Shown: piece after piece, positions 11,786 to 25,572 of the stretch
Layout: the number at the start of each line of letters is the position of its first letter
Numbering within the stretch: position 1 is the first letter of the stretch
Origin: Trichoplax sp. H2
Lineage: Eukaryota
Reading direction: 5' to 3'
NCBI GenBank assembly: GCA_003344405.1
Contig: NOWV01000110.1
Span: forward strand, 62,001 to 126,000
Length of the DNA: 64,000 nucleotides
Translations under genes and position numbers: made by a program
The notes under the pieces: generated by a model
Databases searched by the model: none
Seen by the model: the letters and a program-made list of their open reading frames with translations, nothing else
Told to the model about the DNA's origin: nothing

Positions 11786-12402
11786 TGTTACAATTCTCCT
11801 TTGCAACTAGAAAACGGGTCTTAAACATTATCTTCACTAGTACTCGTGTTCCCAACTAACTTAGGGACCTATCGTAGTTGAACTAACTCTCAGCCACACA
11901 AATAAGCTACGAATGAGTAATAGGTTTAAATACTTCACTTTATTTTCGTTAATCTTAGTCGTAAAATGTACTAGAGAAAAACGTAAGAATTTTCTTAGTA
12001 ATAGTAGTCAAATGATCCTGCAAGTGACTAAATGGAACTGAGCAGCTAAACTAGTGCTCGGCTTTTTATAGTCTCGGCCTACGCCGATGGTGCACTTGTG
12101 AATATTTTTGACTTAGCGACTTCCACTGTTCAGTATACATATCCTAGTATATCGGTGAGAATATCTATCTGTTGAGTAGCTTGATACATTCCGTGATAAA
12201 CGTTGGAAGTTAACACGATATAATTTGCTAGAAATATTCCTGTAATTTTCTTCTTTGAAGAATATCTTGAGTTCCAAACCGTAAAGGCACAATGATTTCC
12301 TATTCGAAATCCCGCCGCTGCCACCAATTGTTACACCATATCATCGTTCCATTTTCATGCTCAGCTTCGCCAATGAATTGTATTATAAATTCGGCAGTAA
12401 CA
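11786..12402 (-). mobile_element. Possible degenerate solo LTR upstream of the TPR gene
   Basis: TGTTAC...GTAACA inverted termini with flanks cata/aata. Minus-strand TATAAAAAG (~12063-12071) and AATAAA (~11939-11944). Confidence 0.35.
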
Positions 12403-15400
12403 AATATTCATAAATGCTAATAACTTGGAGATGTTGTCAATAAATACTAATGCTAAATAAATAGCGCTTCTTTATAGCCTTCGAATATAGTGTATAGCTT
12501 GCAAATATTCTCGTCTATTGGAATTTTAACTTTTCTAGTAGCGTTTTATATCCAGTTTACGATTTAATTTTCGAAGCTAATGTTGAAATTAATTGATTGA
12601 TCAACTGTAATGTGGCAGACTATATCTTATTCTGTATAAGTTTACTAAATCATAATAAATTTAAACCCACGAAACGTAAGATAAAATTCTGCTTTTATTA
12701 CAATATTTAAAAATATCCATAAAGAATTCATAAAGAGATAAATTAATCATTTAGTAATATTTTATAGTCTAATCGATTCTGGGATAAAACTGTAAGATTA
12801 TCCAGCCTTTGGTATCACTGACTTAACAGCCAAGTCATTCGAAAATTAATTTTGGATGATACAGATAATGAGAACGACTATCGTAGCATGATTTCTTGAT
12901 TGTTAAGTACATTAACCAAAATAATGACAAGGGATTAAAATTACAGCTAGTAGCTTACATCCTAGAGCATTAGATACTGAACTTTAGTGCCATTTAACTG
13001 GCTTCAGTGAAGCATTTTAAATAATCTATTTTTACTCAGGTTTTGCTCGGATTTAAATCGCTGAAACATAAAACACAAGCATTTATCTTATGCTCTGTCG
13101 ATAAATCGTTCGGTATTGAATGAGAAATATTTAGGCAGTAGTTAGGGCAGAGAAATAGGCAAAGCAAGCTGATGGCGATCATATTGCTGAAAGTTTGCGG
13201 CAAGTCCGTGAAGTGTTTGTATGCTTGCTGAAGACATGCGATTGCAGACAGGTTACTTGCATCAACGATTTCTCATGCAACAGATTATTTTAAAACAGTG
13301 CTTAGACCTGAACATCTAAGAATGATATCGTCAATCTAATATGACCACAATCTGAAATATCTACTAGTGAAGATTTTTCGTTCACAGGCAGTCTATGCAC
13401 AATTTATAGTACCGTATACTCTTAAACGTTACTTCAATAGGGAAATTGCAAGCTTAGTTCTATCACCGGTAGAAGCAATCAGAATTCCATATTTATATAG
13501 TGTATAGCTCAGTTACGTAATATTCTTATTAGTTATTTTGTGTTGATATCTTTCTCGAGATCGAGTTCGATCAGCTTTTCATGGCTATTCTGCAATGGAA
13601 ATTTAGATACCAACATCGTTTGATTCGACTAATTTATATGCCTTGCCGACTGATAGGTAAATCTTAGAGCCTTTCTTATCTGTTAGCCTATCACCGCTAT
13701 TGCAGCCATTTCTGACGAAAGTCTTCCCAGCACTGCTACAAATAACGTACAGTAAGTTAATAAGATGCTATTTCTAGCCCTACTCTGAACTAGTGACTCA
13801 AAAAATGGTCTTCCAAGAAACGTTAAAAGTAGTTTCTGATATAAAATTATTGTAGAATATTACAGTCATAAAATTTAATCCAGGTAAACTACGAATATAC
13901 AACTAGCTCTTAAGCTACCGACTAAACACCCTCCTAAAAGCACACGACTATCTTAACGTCTAAATATAATCCATGAAACCAATAACCCACTCAAATCTAG
14001 CGCTGCCATCTTACTTATGATTACTGGTACTAGGAGTTTCAATATGCAATCCATTTTCTTACAATGATCTATCTCTATTCCGCCAGCTCTCAATCCATCA
14101 AATCATCGACAATTGCCTTCTGGCAAGCCCGCATAAATACTGGATAGTAGCGATTACGGATAGCCGATGTACGTGTATATTTCAAATATTTGTAATCGAT
14201 CAAGTTGCCTTCAACTGGTGTTTCTGAAGCCAGCAAAGAAAGCAACTCGTATACTATTATCCTTTGGTTATTCCTGCCGCACCAACTGTTATAGAAGCGA
14301 AATTGACATCAAATTATTCAGTTTACTACTCTCCATTAACAGATACTGCTTTTCGTTTATTCGCTTTAATCGATTACTCTTGATCTCCAACAGAATCTCA
14401 GCAGGAGAAGTTGAAGTAGCTTAACGGCAGATCAACTAGGATACTAGCATCTTGTCATTTCCAATTTTAAGCAATATTATGGTAAAATCAGGAAAAATTT
14501 CCAATCTTTTAGACCGCAGAAATACCAATTTACCACAAGCTACATATTCTTAGCAGTGATATAGTAGCGCATTGTACGCAGTATTTAAATGTGCTTATAA
14601 ATTCTCTCTACCTGTTAAAATTCAATTTAATTTCTATGAATAGTCTCTCTACAAAGCTATAATATTTATTAATTAATTATCATTCGTTAACAAGTGTCGT
14701 AACGGCGGAATAGAGGCCGTTGTGGAAAACAATGTAAAATTCGTTTATGTTATTGGGTTAACAGAATATCTTTCCTATGTATTTTCTTGAATAGGTGTTT
14801 CCCATATTGTTTATTTGTAGTTCATCGTCAATTTTTGCTGTAAGAGAATGGTACGCTAATTCAGAGTATCGAAATGAAAGAAAATAGGCAGTATGTTCAG
14901 GCTATCATTAGCAATTCAAATTTGGTTTCTTAAGGTAAGGGCGTTCACTCTATTTAAAACTACAAAACAATAAGGCTATCCATTATCTCTGATTTCTAGC
15001 AGACGGAAGAAGGAAGTAGCTATCAACGGATGTAAAAATGGCAAACATTTTCAGATGTGTAAGTTTTAGCCCCATAGGGTCATTTCCATAAAACTACTAT
15101 TTCTTAGACCCTAGCTATGGTTGTTTCAGCTAATTATAAATAGCTAAAGTAATTAGATAGTTGCCAGCATCAAATTGGAATCGATTTTTTATTTGATTTA
15201 GCAGGCTATATTACATTACAAGCCTTCAATTAATTCATGATTCAGCAATATTATAGTTATTATAAAGTGCAGAGGATAGTATTAAATGATGTCTGCGCTG
15301 TTATCAAACTGATTTCATGCTGGCGTACTATAATATCTCTACTAATGCCATATGCCATTATATACCATAAATCTATCCTGTCGCTATCGAATTACCAGTA

Positions 15401-17076
15401 CCCTGTGGTTACGTGTTTTAATTTATTTTTTGCTTTCAAGTAATGTATTTTCGTATATCACACGCCTAAATATATGGCAATGATCGTTTTTAAGTAAATC
15501 CAGGGTCGATAAGGATAATAATATACGCCACCTCTATAACACTGTAAATGCAATCAGGTGGTTTCCTTCCTAACAATTGCGGGCATCGCCGATGTTCATA
15601 TCCAATTTTACTTCTTTCTCTAACAATTAGTGATAACCTCTTAGTCCTCAGTTCTGTCGACAGAAAATTATACAAGAACTTAATTAACTTGTTAGCATAC
15701 CTAATGAGGCGATTTTAATGTCATAAGGTAATATTTACAAGTAATCCCTATCCATTAATTATAGAGTTAAGGAGTAATTTTATTTGCCTCATTAATAACC
15801 AGCAATGCAAATTTCCTAAGCATCTAAAAATGCATCGACTGGTGATGTCGTGAAAATTTTGATGTTATGAACTACTGTAAAGGTAATTTTATCATTTCTT
15901 TAGACGTTTCTGCGATAGATGTAGAGGATCAAAACGGATTAGAAATGATTCCTAGATCTCAGCAAGTGGCCATAGAATTTATATTTGATCAAATAGTCAT
16001 TGATTTCGGGCTGTAGCATCGTCAATTCATTATCTATGGGGAAGCTTGTAAAAAATCAATTTTCAATTAATGAAAATTAGCGCAATAACCATCAACTTAG
16101 TTTCGGTAGGCCATGTCTAGGGCACATTCTTTCTTCACTACCAGAGTTGAACAATAGCTTTCAAGCAACTTCATGAATATTCAAATTTCTTTTCAAATCC
16201 TAAAGTGCTATCGCATAATGATTCGGAAACTTCTATCAATTACTGCAATTAATGATAATATGGCGGCATTAATTAAGACATTGTTGTGAATATAAAGCCT
16301 TTACTTACAATCTTAGCAATGTGCCATCACGCTAGAGATGCTAAGGCTATCGTATATACATCAATTAATTCTATCATTACAGTTCGCTAGTAGAATCTGC
16401 TAAATCTGCAATTAACATTCTTCATGATGGAGAAGATCGTTTTTATATCGTTGCTTTTGGTTGCAAAAGTATCCTAGTCAACGATAAGAAATTGGAATGG
16501 ATATCACCTAGTAATTTAAGATTGAACGGATAATAAATAAATTATTACTTTCTCATTTATATGAGATTATCATTTAAACTGTAGACTAAGTTCTAATTTA
16601 AATCCTTAGCTTTCTTTTATCGGTCATTCCTCATTATTTTAGAGTATTTAATCATGCCAGAGGTCCTTTATTGCGGGCTTGATTAATTCTGAGATGGATG
16701 TGAAGATCTCCTTTTGCGCATATAAATTTTTTCTCTACAATAATGTGCCACTAAAACTATACTGCAGATGAAAAGACTTATATTTCATGTTTAACTTTTA
16801 ATTACGTAGACCTCCTACCCAGCGTAATCAGCATTCAAATAAATCAACAATAATGACTTTTTCATAAGATACTGACAAGATTTTACAGTTTAACCTCTAA
16901 GCGCAATCTATCTCAGAATTGATTTTAGCCATAAATTGAATTCAAACTCTGTTCAGCTATTGGCTCTCACATTTACAAACGTTTCATTCAAGCGATAGAC
17001 CTATGGCCATTAGTAAAATTTGCATACTTTAGCAATTTACTGCCACTAGCCTCACTAATAACGCTTTTCAATTCCA

Positions 17077-20000
17077 ATGAAGATGGTTGCGATGTACCTT
17101 ACTATGTGCCTTTTAGCAAAGGTGGTGCATGGTACTTCCATATCCATTGATAGTAATCAGTTTGATGCAAGCAGTGAGTTTCCCGGTGATAGCGCAGTTT
17201 CTGGTGATAATTCTTATCAAGCTCTACAATCATCTATACTTGCCGGTAAATAATGCTCGTTCTATTCATTTCTAACGAAATAAAGCTAGGCTAGGATAAA
17301 AGGATAACAATTTACTCTAGCCTCGTAGCTACTATAACGCATTTTAAAATTAATACCGCTACTTTATCATGTTCTACAGATAGTTCAGGGGATCTACCTT
17401 ACTCAGTGGAAATATCTTCTCAACAACTACTATCGGAGGACAACAACTACATCACTGTAAGCGATGAAGTGTTTTCTATTGATAGCCAGTCCGACAGTGC
17501 TCCATTCCCCTCACTATCGGATGCTCTAATGGATGATTCTTCTGCTTACTTTCCAATGACTTCCGCTGAGGTTATGTCGGAACCTCTCCAAAGTCAAATT
17601 GGACAATCGCTCGATTTTTCAAATAATTATATTAGTAGCAATGCAACTGCTATGTTAACGTTGGATTCTACGAAAATGTTTATTTCAACAAATTCAAGCG
17701 ACGCTTTACAGCCAACTATTTATGTCAGCGCTAATATCTCTGCATCAATGGTTTCCAGCTATAGCAAATCGCCATCCAGTAATCTATCGGTTGTCTTTGC
17801 ATCTTCAGTTGCTCAGTCCAGTATCGAAGGCAATCCTTCCTCCGAATTGAGCACTACTAAAATTTCGCCGTCATCTGGGTTTCTTAGCCAGCTTAGTGCT
17901 ACTAATATTCCTGTATCAACTGCAATAACAACACCGTCGTCAAGTGTCATCTTAACCAATCTATCGTTGCCTATATCAACTGCAATAACAACACCGTCGT
18001 CAAGTACCAACTTAACCGATCTATCGTTCTCTATTTCTACTTCTAATCAGCCAATATTAAGTCAGGATACCCAAATCAGTACCAGCGTAATGGATCAATC
18101 CAGTCTACTATTGAGCAAGGATATTGCCTCCTCTTCTGATTCTTCGTCTTTCTATTCTCAAGACATGTCTTTATCATCCTCACCTGTAGCCATGTCTAAT
18201 ATGCAGAGTTCAACGAGTTTAGTAGAAATGTCGGTTTCTAGCTCTTCCAAGGTTGATATTCCACGATCATCCTTCGTTTCCAGTAATTTATATCTAAAGA
18301 GTTCTAGCATCAAGAACGATCTATCTATTCTTCCCTCGAAACAGAGTAGTCTCTCGGTCTCAACTTCATCCAGTGTTACCCTAGATTTGTTCTTTTCCAG
18401 TGATTTATCCTTGTCCAATAACTTAATTACAAGCACACAAAATAATACTGGCGACATGATTACGAATTCAATCAGTAATCCAGCAACTACAAACTCACCT
18501 GTGACTACGCCAACTCCAACCGTGAATCCTTGCCTGAATAATCCATGCCAACCTTTTGCTGTCTGCAATGCACTATCAACATTAACGATCGGATACTTTT
18601 GCACCTGCAGAGTGGGCTATTATCAGCAAGATGTAAACGCCCTTTTAACAAATAGCCAAGGGTGCTTAGGTACGTTTATTATATAATTAAACAGCCTATG
18701 TAAAGCAGTTTAATATGCATTTTCTAGCAAGCTTCGTATGTAAAATAATACATACCGCCATTCTACGGTTAAAATTTCTTGTTTTACACCATAGTTAGCC
18801 ATAACAGTAGATAGCTAGTAAGCATTAAATAATTAGGCAAATTGATCTTGTCTTGCATACAAGCAGATACAAAATGATTTTAGAGATTAGGTTAATACAT
18901 TGATAATATGATCACTTAATTAGCTGTAATCCCCCTATTTAGAGGGTAGCTATTTTACTGGTACTCTATCTCTAGACGATGTATTTGAGCCTACATTAAA
19001 TGATCCTAACAATCAAAAAGGACAACGAATAAAGAATGATAGCAAAACACAGGTAATCTAACTAGGTTGCAGCTTGACTAATTTTTGTTTTATATAAGCA
19101 ATTTACATGGACGAGATTTCCATGATTTTGTTTACACTGATGGTTATTTCTAGATCGAAGCCGCGATACGAAACTCCCCAGATGCAGCTACCAATTTTCT
19201 ATATATCATCATCACCGGCCTGAGGTATTAAGATTTTGCTTAAGTCTCTAGCGGCACTTTATTATTTAAGCACTAGGTATGAGAGCGTTGTCAATTAATC
19301 TTTTGCTACTAAGGTGATATTCATTTTAGAAATAAGAATGATAATTTAACAACCATAGTTAACTTCGTCAAACGCTTATCTTGATATACACGTATTAAGT
19401 ATAACCTGAATTATACCATCTTGCTAAGACTACTGCCTAATTTTAGTATTGGTTAAGTGCACGTACAGATTTCACATCAGATATTTATAGTGAAAACTAT
19501 TAATTCATTTACTATTCTTTGTCTAATTCTAGGTCTGGGAGTATTATTGTCGATTTCTATGCTGTTTATGATAATAATGCCACAGTAAATCAAACTGCAA
19601 TTCAAGACACTATCCAACAAAATGTTCAAACGGTGGGCAGCATAGTAGTTCAGGGAGTTAACGTGACGGGTAAGACCATCTGAAAATCTATTTAACCTTT
19701 AGAATACACTTTCAAAACTTTTATGTGTAGATTTGAGTAATCTTGACAAAATAGATGATCTTAGCGTCTCTAGTTACTAAAAGTTCTTTCCGTAATAACT
19801 ATCCTGCTTTTGATGCATTTCAATTTATTGCAGTATAAATGATCATGAATACAAACGAAAGCAAACATTATTCAGTCCAAGTAAAATAGTCACAAATTTT
19901 AGTTCGTTTTCTTGATTTGCATTTGATGACAAAAATACATTCGGAAATTAGAAATTAACGATAGCTTCGTTTTTCTTCAGACTAATTAATACTCTTATTA

Positions 20001-21793
20001 CGGTAGTAGCTATGAAAATAGCTAGAGCATAATGCATCAGCATATAATTTTAATGCTGCTCGATGTTGTTAAGTAATATAACGGCACTTAGTAATATTGG
20101 AAGATCAATCATGGTTTAGTATTCTCTAAAATGAATAGAATACCATATCCTGTCGTACTTAGTCTGCTTGGAACATTATATATTTTATATCAGTAATATA
20201 CGGTGATCTTAAATATTTTCAGCACATAAAAAATATTTCCGTAAATTGTTGTTGTAATCGCCTAGTCTCTTCTCTATTTTACAATATACAATAATTATAG
20301 AAACCAATGAGTGTGCAGTCGATAATGATCCTTGTTCAGGCCAAAAAGAAACCTGCATTGATTTACAAGACGGCTTCAAATGTCAGCGTTGCCCGACAGG
20401 CTTTCAATTTAACACTTCCACCAAAGGCTGTTCAGGTATTAGTGCTACGAAATAAGATAGTCATGCATAGGCTAACTGAATCAATCATAAAGGTCTATAA
20501 GGCCAATAAAGAATTATATTCAGAGAAATAGCTAACTACATCAAGCTACGCGAATTAAGGTGTATGACTTACCAACTTATAATTTAGACATCAATGAATG
20601 TTTGGCAAGTGTAAGTCCATGCAACGCAAATGAAAACTGTATTAATGAAGATGGAAAATACTCGTGTACATTGAAATCTACCATCAATCCTTCTCAAGGT
20701 AGTTACAAACGTACTATAGCTGGTCGTTTATTAAATCAATCAATTGCTTTCAGCCAACAAGATAAGCAATTTTATAGCTGTTGACATACTACGAATTCTC
20801 TGCAAATAGAATAAAAGATGAAATTAAATGTTATTTCTCCTTTAATTGTTATTTTTGACTCATTTTTCAGTGACTTGTACAGCTACTAGCTGCTTAAATG
20901 GCGGCAATTGCAGTGTTGATAGTACTGCTAACGAAATTGTTTGTATGTAAGTATTTTGATGAGTAGCATGAAATCAAGCTTACAATTCCATAAGTGAGTT
21001 CTCAAACATTGCAAAATGGAATGGTTAAGATAGCATTTATGCCTACTATATTGTTTTTTATTGGCTATAGCAATGGTGATTTCATATTAAATTGCGGTTG
21101 AAAGACTTCTACAATAATTCTATATCATTATCCATGATGACTTATAGTAAATCATTCTATTTCAGTTGTACAATCTTTTTTACCGGCAAAAATTGCCAAA
21201 ATTTAAGCAGTAAGGACTTCATTTTACATTTTTCAAAAATTACTAAGAAGCTATCGAATATTCAACACTTTATTCTAATAAAGTGAAATTATTTGCTACT
21301 ATTTAGCCATTACCATCATCCTGATTACATCAGGTGCTGGACTTGGTTCATTTACTGCCATTCTCTTAGTGGCTGTAGCTTATTACCGACGCCAAGGGTA
21401 ACGAAAACTAGTTAATTTACCATTCTTATCGATAGCATTGCAGTGCTATTACTATAATTAAGTCAATATTATATCTATATCGTTAAATTCCCGTAAAATA
21501 AGTTAAGTGCGAGCTAGGATATATTATAGCGATTATAAAGCTTAGTTTTTAAGCTTAGATATATTTATTCCTTAAAATCCACTTTTTCTTATAGTAAATC
21601 ACTAACCAAGAAAAGTATTAATGATGACTACGAAGAAATGATTGACGGTAATAATGATCTAGTCGATAAAGAAAAGGGCTATATCAATAATGACGCAGAG
21701 GAAATTCCTCTTCGACCATATGCTGGCCAAATAGGTGGAGAGTATACAACTATCATTTACGAAGCTAAACATAGGACTTCCATGATTGGATAG
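17077..21793 (+). CDS. Transmembrane mucin A (signal - Ser/Thr-rich - EGF - SEA - cbEGF - 4-Cys EGF - EGF - TM - tail), ~810 aa, 11 exons
   Basis: Exons 17077-17245, 17380-18669, 18943-19052, 19154-19224, 19533-19669, 20301-20435, 20588-20698, 20871-20946, 21166-21209, 21307-21397, 21595-21793. All GT-AG; 2433 nt open. Signal MKMVAMYLTMCLLAKVVHG; SEA motif LRSGSIIV; ETNEC and DINEC cbEGF starts; TM ITIILITSGAGLGSFTAILLVAVAYY followed by RRQ. Confidence 0.9.
17910..18030 (+). repeat. 60-nt tandem duplication in mucin A (PxSTAITTPSSSxxLTxLSx, two copies)
   Basis: tatcaactgcaataacaacaccgtcgtcaagt occurs at 17914 and 17974. Confidence 0.9.
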
Positions 21794-22960
21794 AAATTCT
21801 TAAAATGGTTATAGACAGAAACTGTTAACTGATAGTATTCATTCTTTTACCTGATAAGTTTGCATTTAGCACTTCTTTTAAACACTTTCATAGCTGTACA
21901 GTTTGTAGAAAATATTCCGCCATGAAGATAAACTGTCGCTATGGATATATGAACCAAACCAAAATATCCAATTTATACTTCGTTATCCTTATGATTTTAG
22001 TTAAGATATTTATATAAATCTACGTCTTAAGTTCTGTTGGACATGAGTAGGAAAATAAATAATCTTGATGTGAAGTGAGCTAAAATTATTCCAATATTTC
22101 AAGTATTGTATAGTCCTACAGTATGTAATACCAGTTGAATTTAAACTGTTCTCTAATTTATTAACGTGACATACTTGCCCACTGAAAAATGTACAAACAA
22201 CTAATCAAATCCTACTCTTTACCTATTTTCGATGATTTTTGATAATAAAATTGTATTAAGATGATAAGTTTGGTTAAAGTCATGATATAGTTTAGCGGAA
22301 CATTTTATTACAAAGTGCAGTAATTGATCGTAATGAATTTTTTCTATGCTTAACTTATATAAATACTATTATGAAGCTTTGTAGCTGTTTAATAGTCCGC
22401 CATTAAGGATATTTAAACCTAAGATAAAAGTTTTCATAATTTCTCTATTTCAAGATTGGATATTACAGTGAGTGTATAATAAATTATTTTCCTATTTTTC
22501 CAGTCATCTAATTACCGGATTGATAGCTTGCAACACGATGAGACACTTCTAATGAGAAATTGTTATGACTTTTTTCATACCATAATCTATAAGATCAAGC
22601 CGCAATTGGAAATCACAACTTTTAATTGCGATGCCATCTTAGAAATTAGGAAATTTTTAAATTTGATCTTGCTGATTTTAATAACATTTATTTCGTTTCA
22701 AAGCAGCATAAGTAGATTTACTTTAATCTAGTGGAAAATCTTGATAGTCAATGCTCGCTAAAATTGCTATCATACGAAGGAGCAGTTGTAGTAATCCGTT
22801 CGGTCTACGTAAGGCATATCACAAGTCTAAAGTTGCCTCTAGTTAATTAAATTTATTTCGTCAACCAGTTCATCAATGCTGTCGCTAATAATCATTTAAT
22901 CATTAAAATATGTGTATCGTCGCACTAATACACTAAGTCCGAACCGTAGCGACATGTCAT

Positions 22961-23512
22961 TGTAATGTAACTAGTATTGTGATTGCAGATTATTAGCCAT
23001 GTTTAGTATAATGTATGGTAGATATTTATCCTAAGAGATATTTGGTAGCTATAACTATAGACTGTAGTGGTAGAGACTCTATGCTAGAGTACAGATGACT
23101 ATATACAGTAAGGTGTTGAGTTACTAATAAGGCTATAGGTAAAAATAAAACTGTAAATCATATATTAGGATATGGTTAATTCATTGTACTTTGGCTGGTG
23201 TGAATAATGTCTACGTAAGTACTGCAGTCGTATCCATATTGGATTAATGATGGTCCGCAGTAGAATAGTCATACTAAGAATAATTTAACTATGTGTAATA
23301 TAAGGTAAAAGGTTGCCATGCGGAATGTAGCTGCGAATGCTACGAAAAGTATAAAAGCATGCAACTTTAGATTATTCTGTTAGTTCATTCTAGAAGTCTT
23401 TAGTAGTAGTATTCGGCTAGAGTAGAGCTGTGTGTAGTTAATCTTTGTATAAGATTCAATAAAGCCCTTATTTTTTCTAAAATTTGGAATTTCGTGATTG
23501 GTATATATCACA
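22961..23512 (+). mobile_element. Solo LTR-like element (552 bp)
   Basis: TGTAAT...ATCACA termini with flanks GTCAT/GTCTT (5-bp TSD, one mismatch). TATAAAAG at 23350-23357 and AATAAA at 23458-23463. Confidence 0.65.
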
Positions 23513-24798
23513 GTCTTGTCTGATAATTATTACTATAGTAGATAAGTTATAAGTTATAATAATCATAGATTACGAATTATCAACTTGTTACGTTATGAAA
23601 ATGCTTGTCTAGGTCGTGTATAGGAATTTAGAAATTAAAATATCTGTATAGTACGATGCTGCTAAGTTACAAAACGATCCGTTACTTTTACAGCTAGTAT
23701 CTTATAAAAATGAAAGTCTTAAGACTTCTTTGGCATTGCTTCACACGATCATTCAATTACTCTGCTAATGTATGTGCAGTGTAACCTTCAATAAAGTCAA
23801 TTAATTAGTAGGAAAGTGCGAGTTGCATTTTATGAAAGGTATCTCTTGTCAACCTCAAGATCCACCACAAATGCACATTAGCCTAGCAAATACTATTCTT
23901 AGCCTATTTTTAATGACTTCATATTAAAGTTTACACCACAACAGTTTGAAAATATGCATGCGGTTAGGCTATAATGTAGCTTAATATTTAGGTTAAACTT
24001 ACGTGTTCGTAAACTTAATAAATTGACCATTTTTATTTTATTTTTAACAATACTAAAGTAGTAAATCCAAAATAACACGATACATATACTTTATCTTCCC
24101 GGATATCTCCCTACAGTACGACTCTAAATACTAATGATCTCCTTATCGTCAGAAAGTTCTATCAACCACTGGTTTCTTTAACCGAGAACTAAAATTTAAA
24201 TGTATTTATTGAAAATTGAGTCAGTTTATAGTTCAATAACAATAACCATTAGTTTCAGTATATAAATAAAAGTATAAAACAGTGGTGTTGTCAATTAACC
24301 CTAAAAATATTACTAGATATCAATTTTAAATTATTATCAATATATTTCTAGATAAAGTATCCTATGAAAATTATATTACAGGTGCTACACAAAAGTTACT
24401 CCGTAGCGATCGGATACAATACTTTTGCTTCTTCGACGATAACAAAATCAGTTATCACGGTAGTAATAGTTGTATTATTTAATTTCTATAGATAATTAGT
24501 AACAATATTTAGCCCAACTGTCTGTAATGATATCAATTTATACAACATAGAAGTACAAAACAGAATCCACATGACCCGCATATAATTATAATTAAGGGCA
24601 AAACTTACACTACATAAATAAGAGAAAAGTTGCAGACACATTTGTCGATTTATTGCATTAAGCAATTCAATTTCTAGAATCGGGTTTTAAGATCCTTCTC
24701 GACAAGTACCGTAGTAATTATAAGTGTTACCCTGTACGTCGTAAAGTACAAGGGAAATTACTGTGCGGATTTACCATCAATTTAAAATTTCTAGGTTA

Positions 24799-25422
24799 TT
24801 ATAGACATGAACATCGAACTGGAACAACTAGTGATAATATCAATTTTTTATCCGCTGAGGGCCAGCTCTTATCTGCGACATTATATTCAAATTCGATTCG
24901 CTGTTTTTGATTTGCTTCTTCACATTTTGCAACCACTTCAGGAGAACAGCCTGCATATTTACAATTTACATAGGAATATTGAAATGGTTGGCCAAACACT
25001 AGATCGGATGATACCTTTGGAGCCTTGAACAATTTTACTGTTTGACTAATATTGCATGATGAATTTAAGTTATCTTTTCTTAGCGATTTTTTATCTATTG
25101 CAGAAGTATGCTTGTAATCTTTCGTATTGTCGTTTTTTTTCAATGGATACCCATTCAAAAATCTTTCCTTCTCTACACTCTCATCGTGTATAAAAGGTCG
25201 AGGGCTACCATAGGGTAAGGCGATTAAAATAATCATCATTACTGGGATTGTCAACAATTTTGCAATAATGGAGTGCACCTATATTTTTGAAGATCAAACA
25301 GGTCAAATAGTATATAACTTACTATTACAATAAAGTGAGGTTAATATCTATTAGAGCAAGCTAAGCTGGTTAAATAATTAAGCTATTGGAAAAAACTATG
25401 TATTTCCAATTATTCTCACCAT
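24799..25422 (-). CDS. Secreted cystine-knot protein A (signal - pro - knot), 160 aa; exons 25422-25420 (ATG only) and 25278-24799
   Basis: aaaATG|gtgaga donor and tatag|GTG acceptor. Hydrophobic signal IIAKLLTIPVMMIILIALPYG and basic KK/RK sites precede six Cys spaced C-x30-C-x4-C-x7-C-x36-C-x-C. Confidence 0.85.
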
Positions 25423-25538
25423 TTTACTGCTTGATGTGATTGATGATGAGAATGAAACTAGGCTGAGAAATTGCAAGTTCAACGAGTCCAAATTGATTGC
25501 CACCTTTTTAGTTTGGATGCTACTGGTCCTGTTGGTGA

Positions 25539-25572
25539 ACTAAATTTTGAAAGAGAATCAGCCCTTTTTATA
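25539..25572 (-). promoter_or_regulatory. TATA box plus initiator-like element of cystine-knot gene A
   Basis: TATAAAAAG on the minus strand at 25572-25564, with an Inr-like TTAGT 31 nt downstream (25543-25539). The context is conserved in paralog B. Confidence 0.6.

Noticed and set aside
14070-14310. Minus-strand stretch FYNSWCGRNNQRIIVYELL...IDYKYLKY, faintly like a DDE transposase motif
   Set aside because: Catalytic residues are absent, there are no TIRs and it is too short. A translated search would be needed.
16424-16470. MMEKIVFISLLLVAK signal-like mini-exon downstream of a TATAAAG
   Set aside because: No convincing downstream exon in frame, and mucin A already has a good first exon at 17077.
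20307-20531. ORF-track proteins 20307-20531 and 54937-55155
   Set aside because: Wrong-frame translations overlapping the true cbEGF exons (20301-20435 and 54868-55002).
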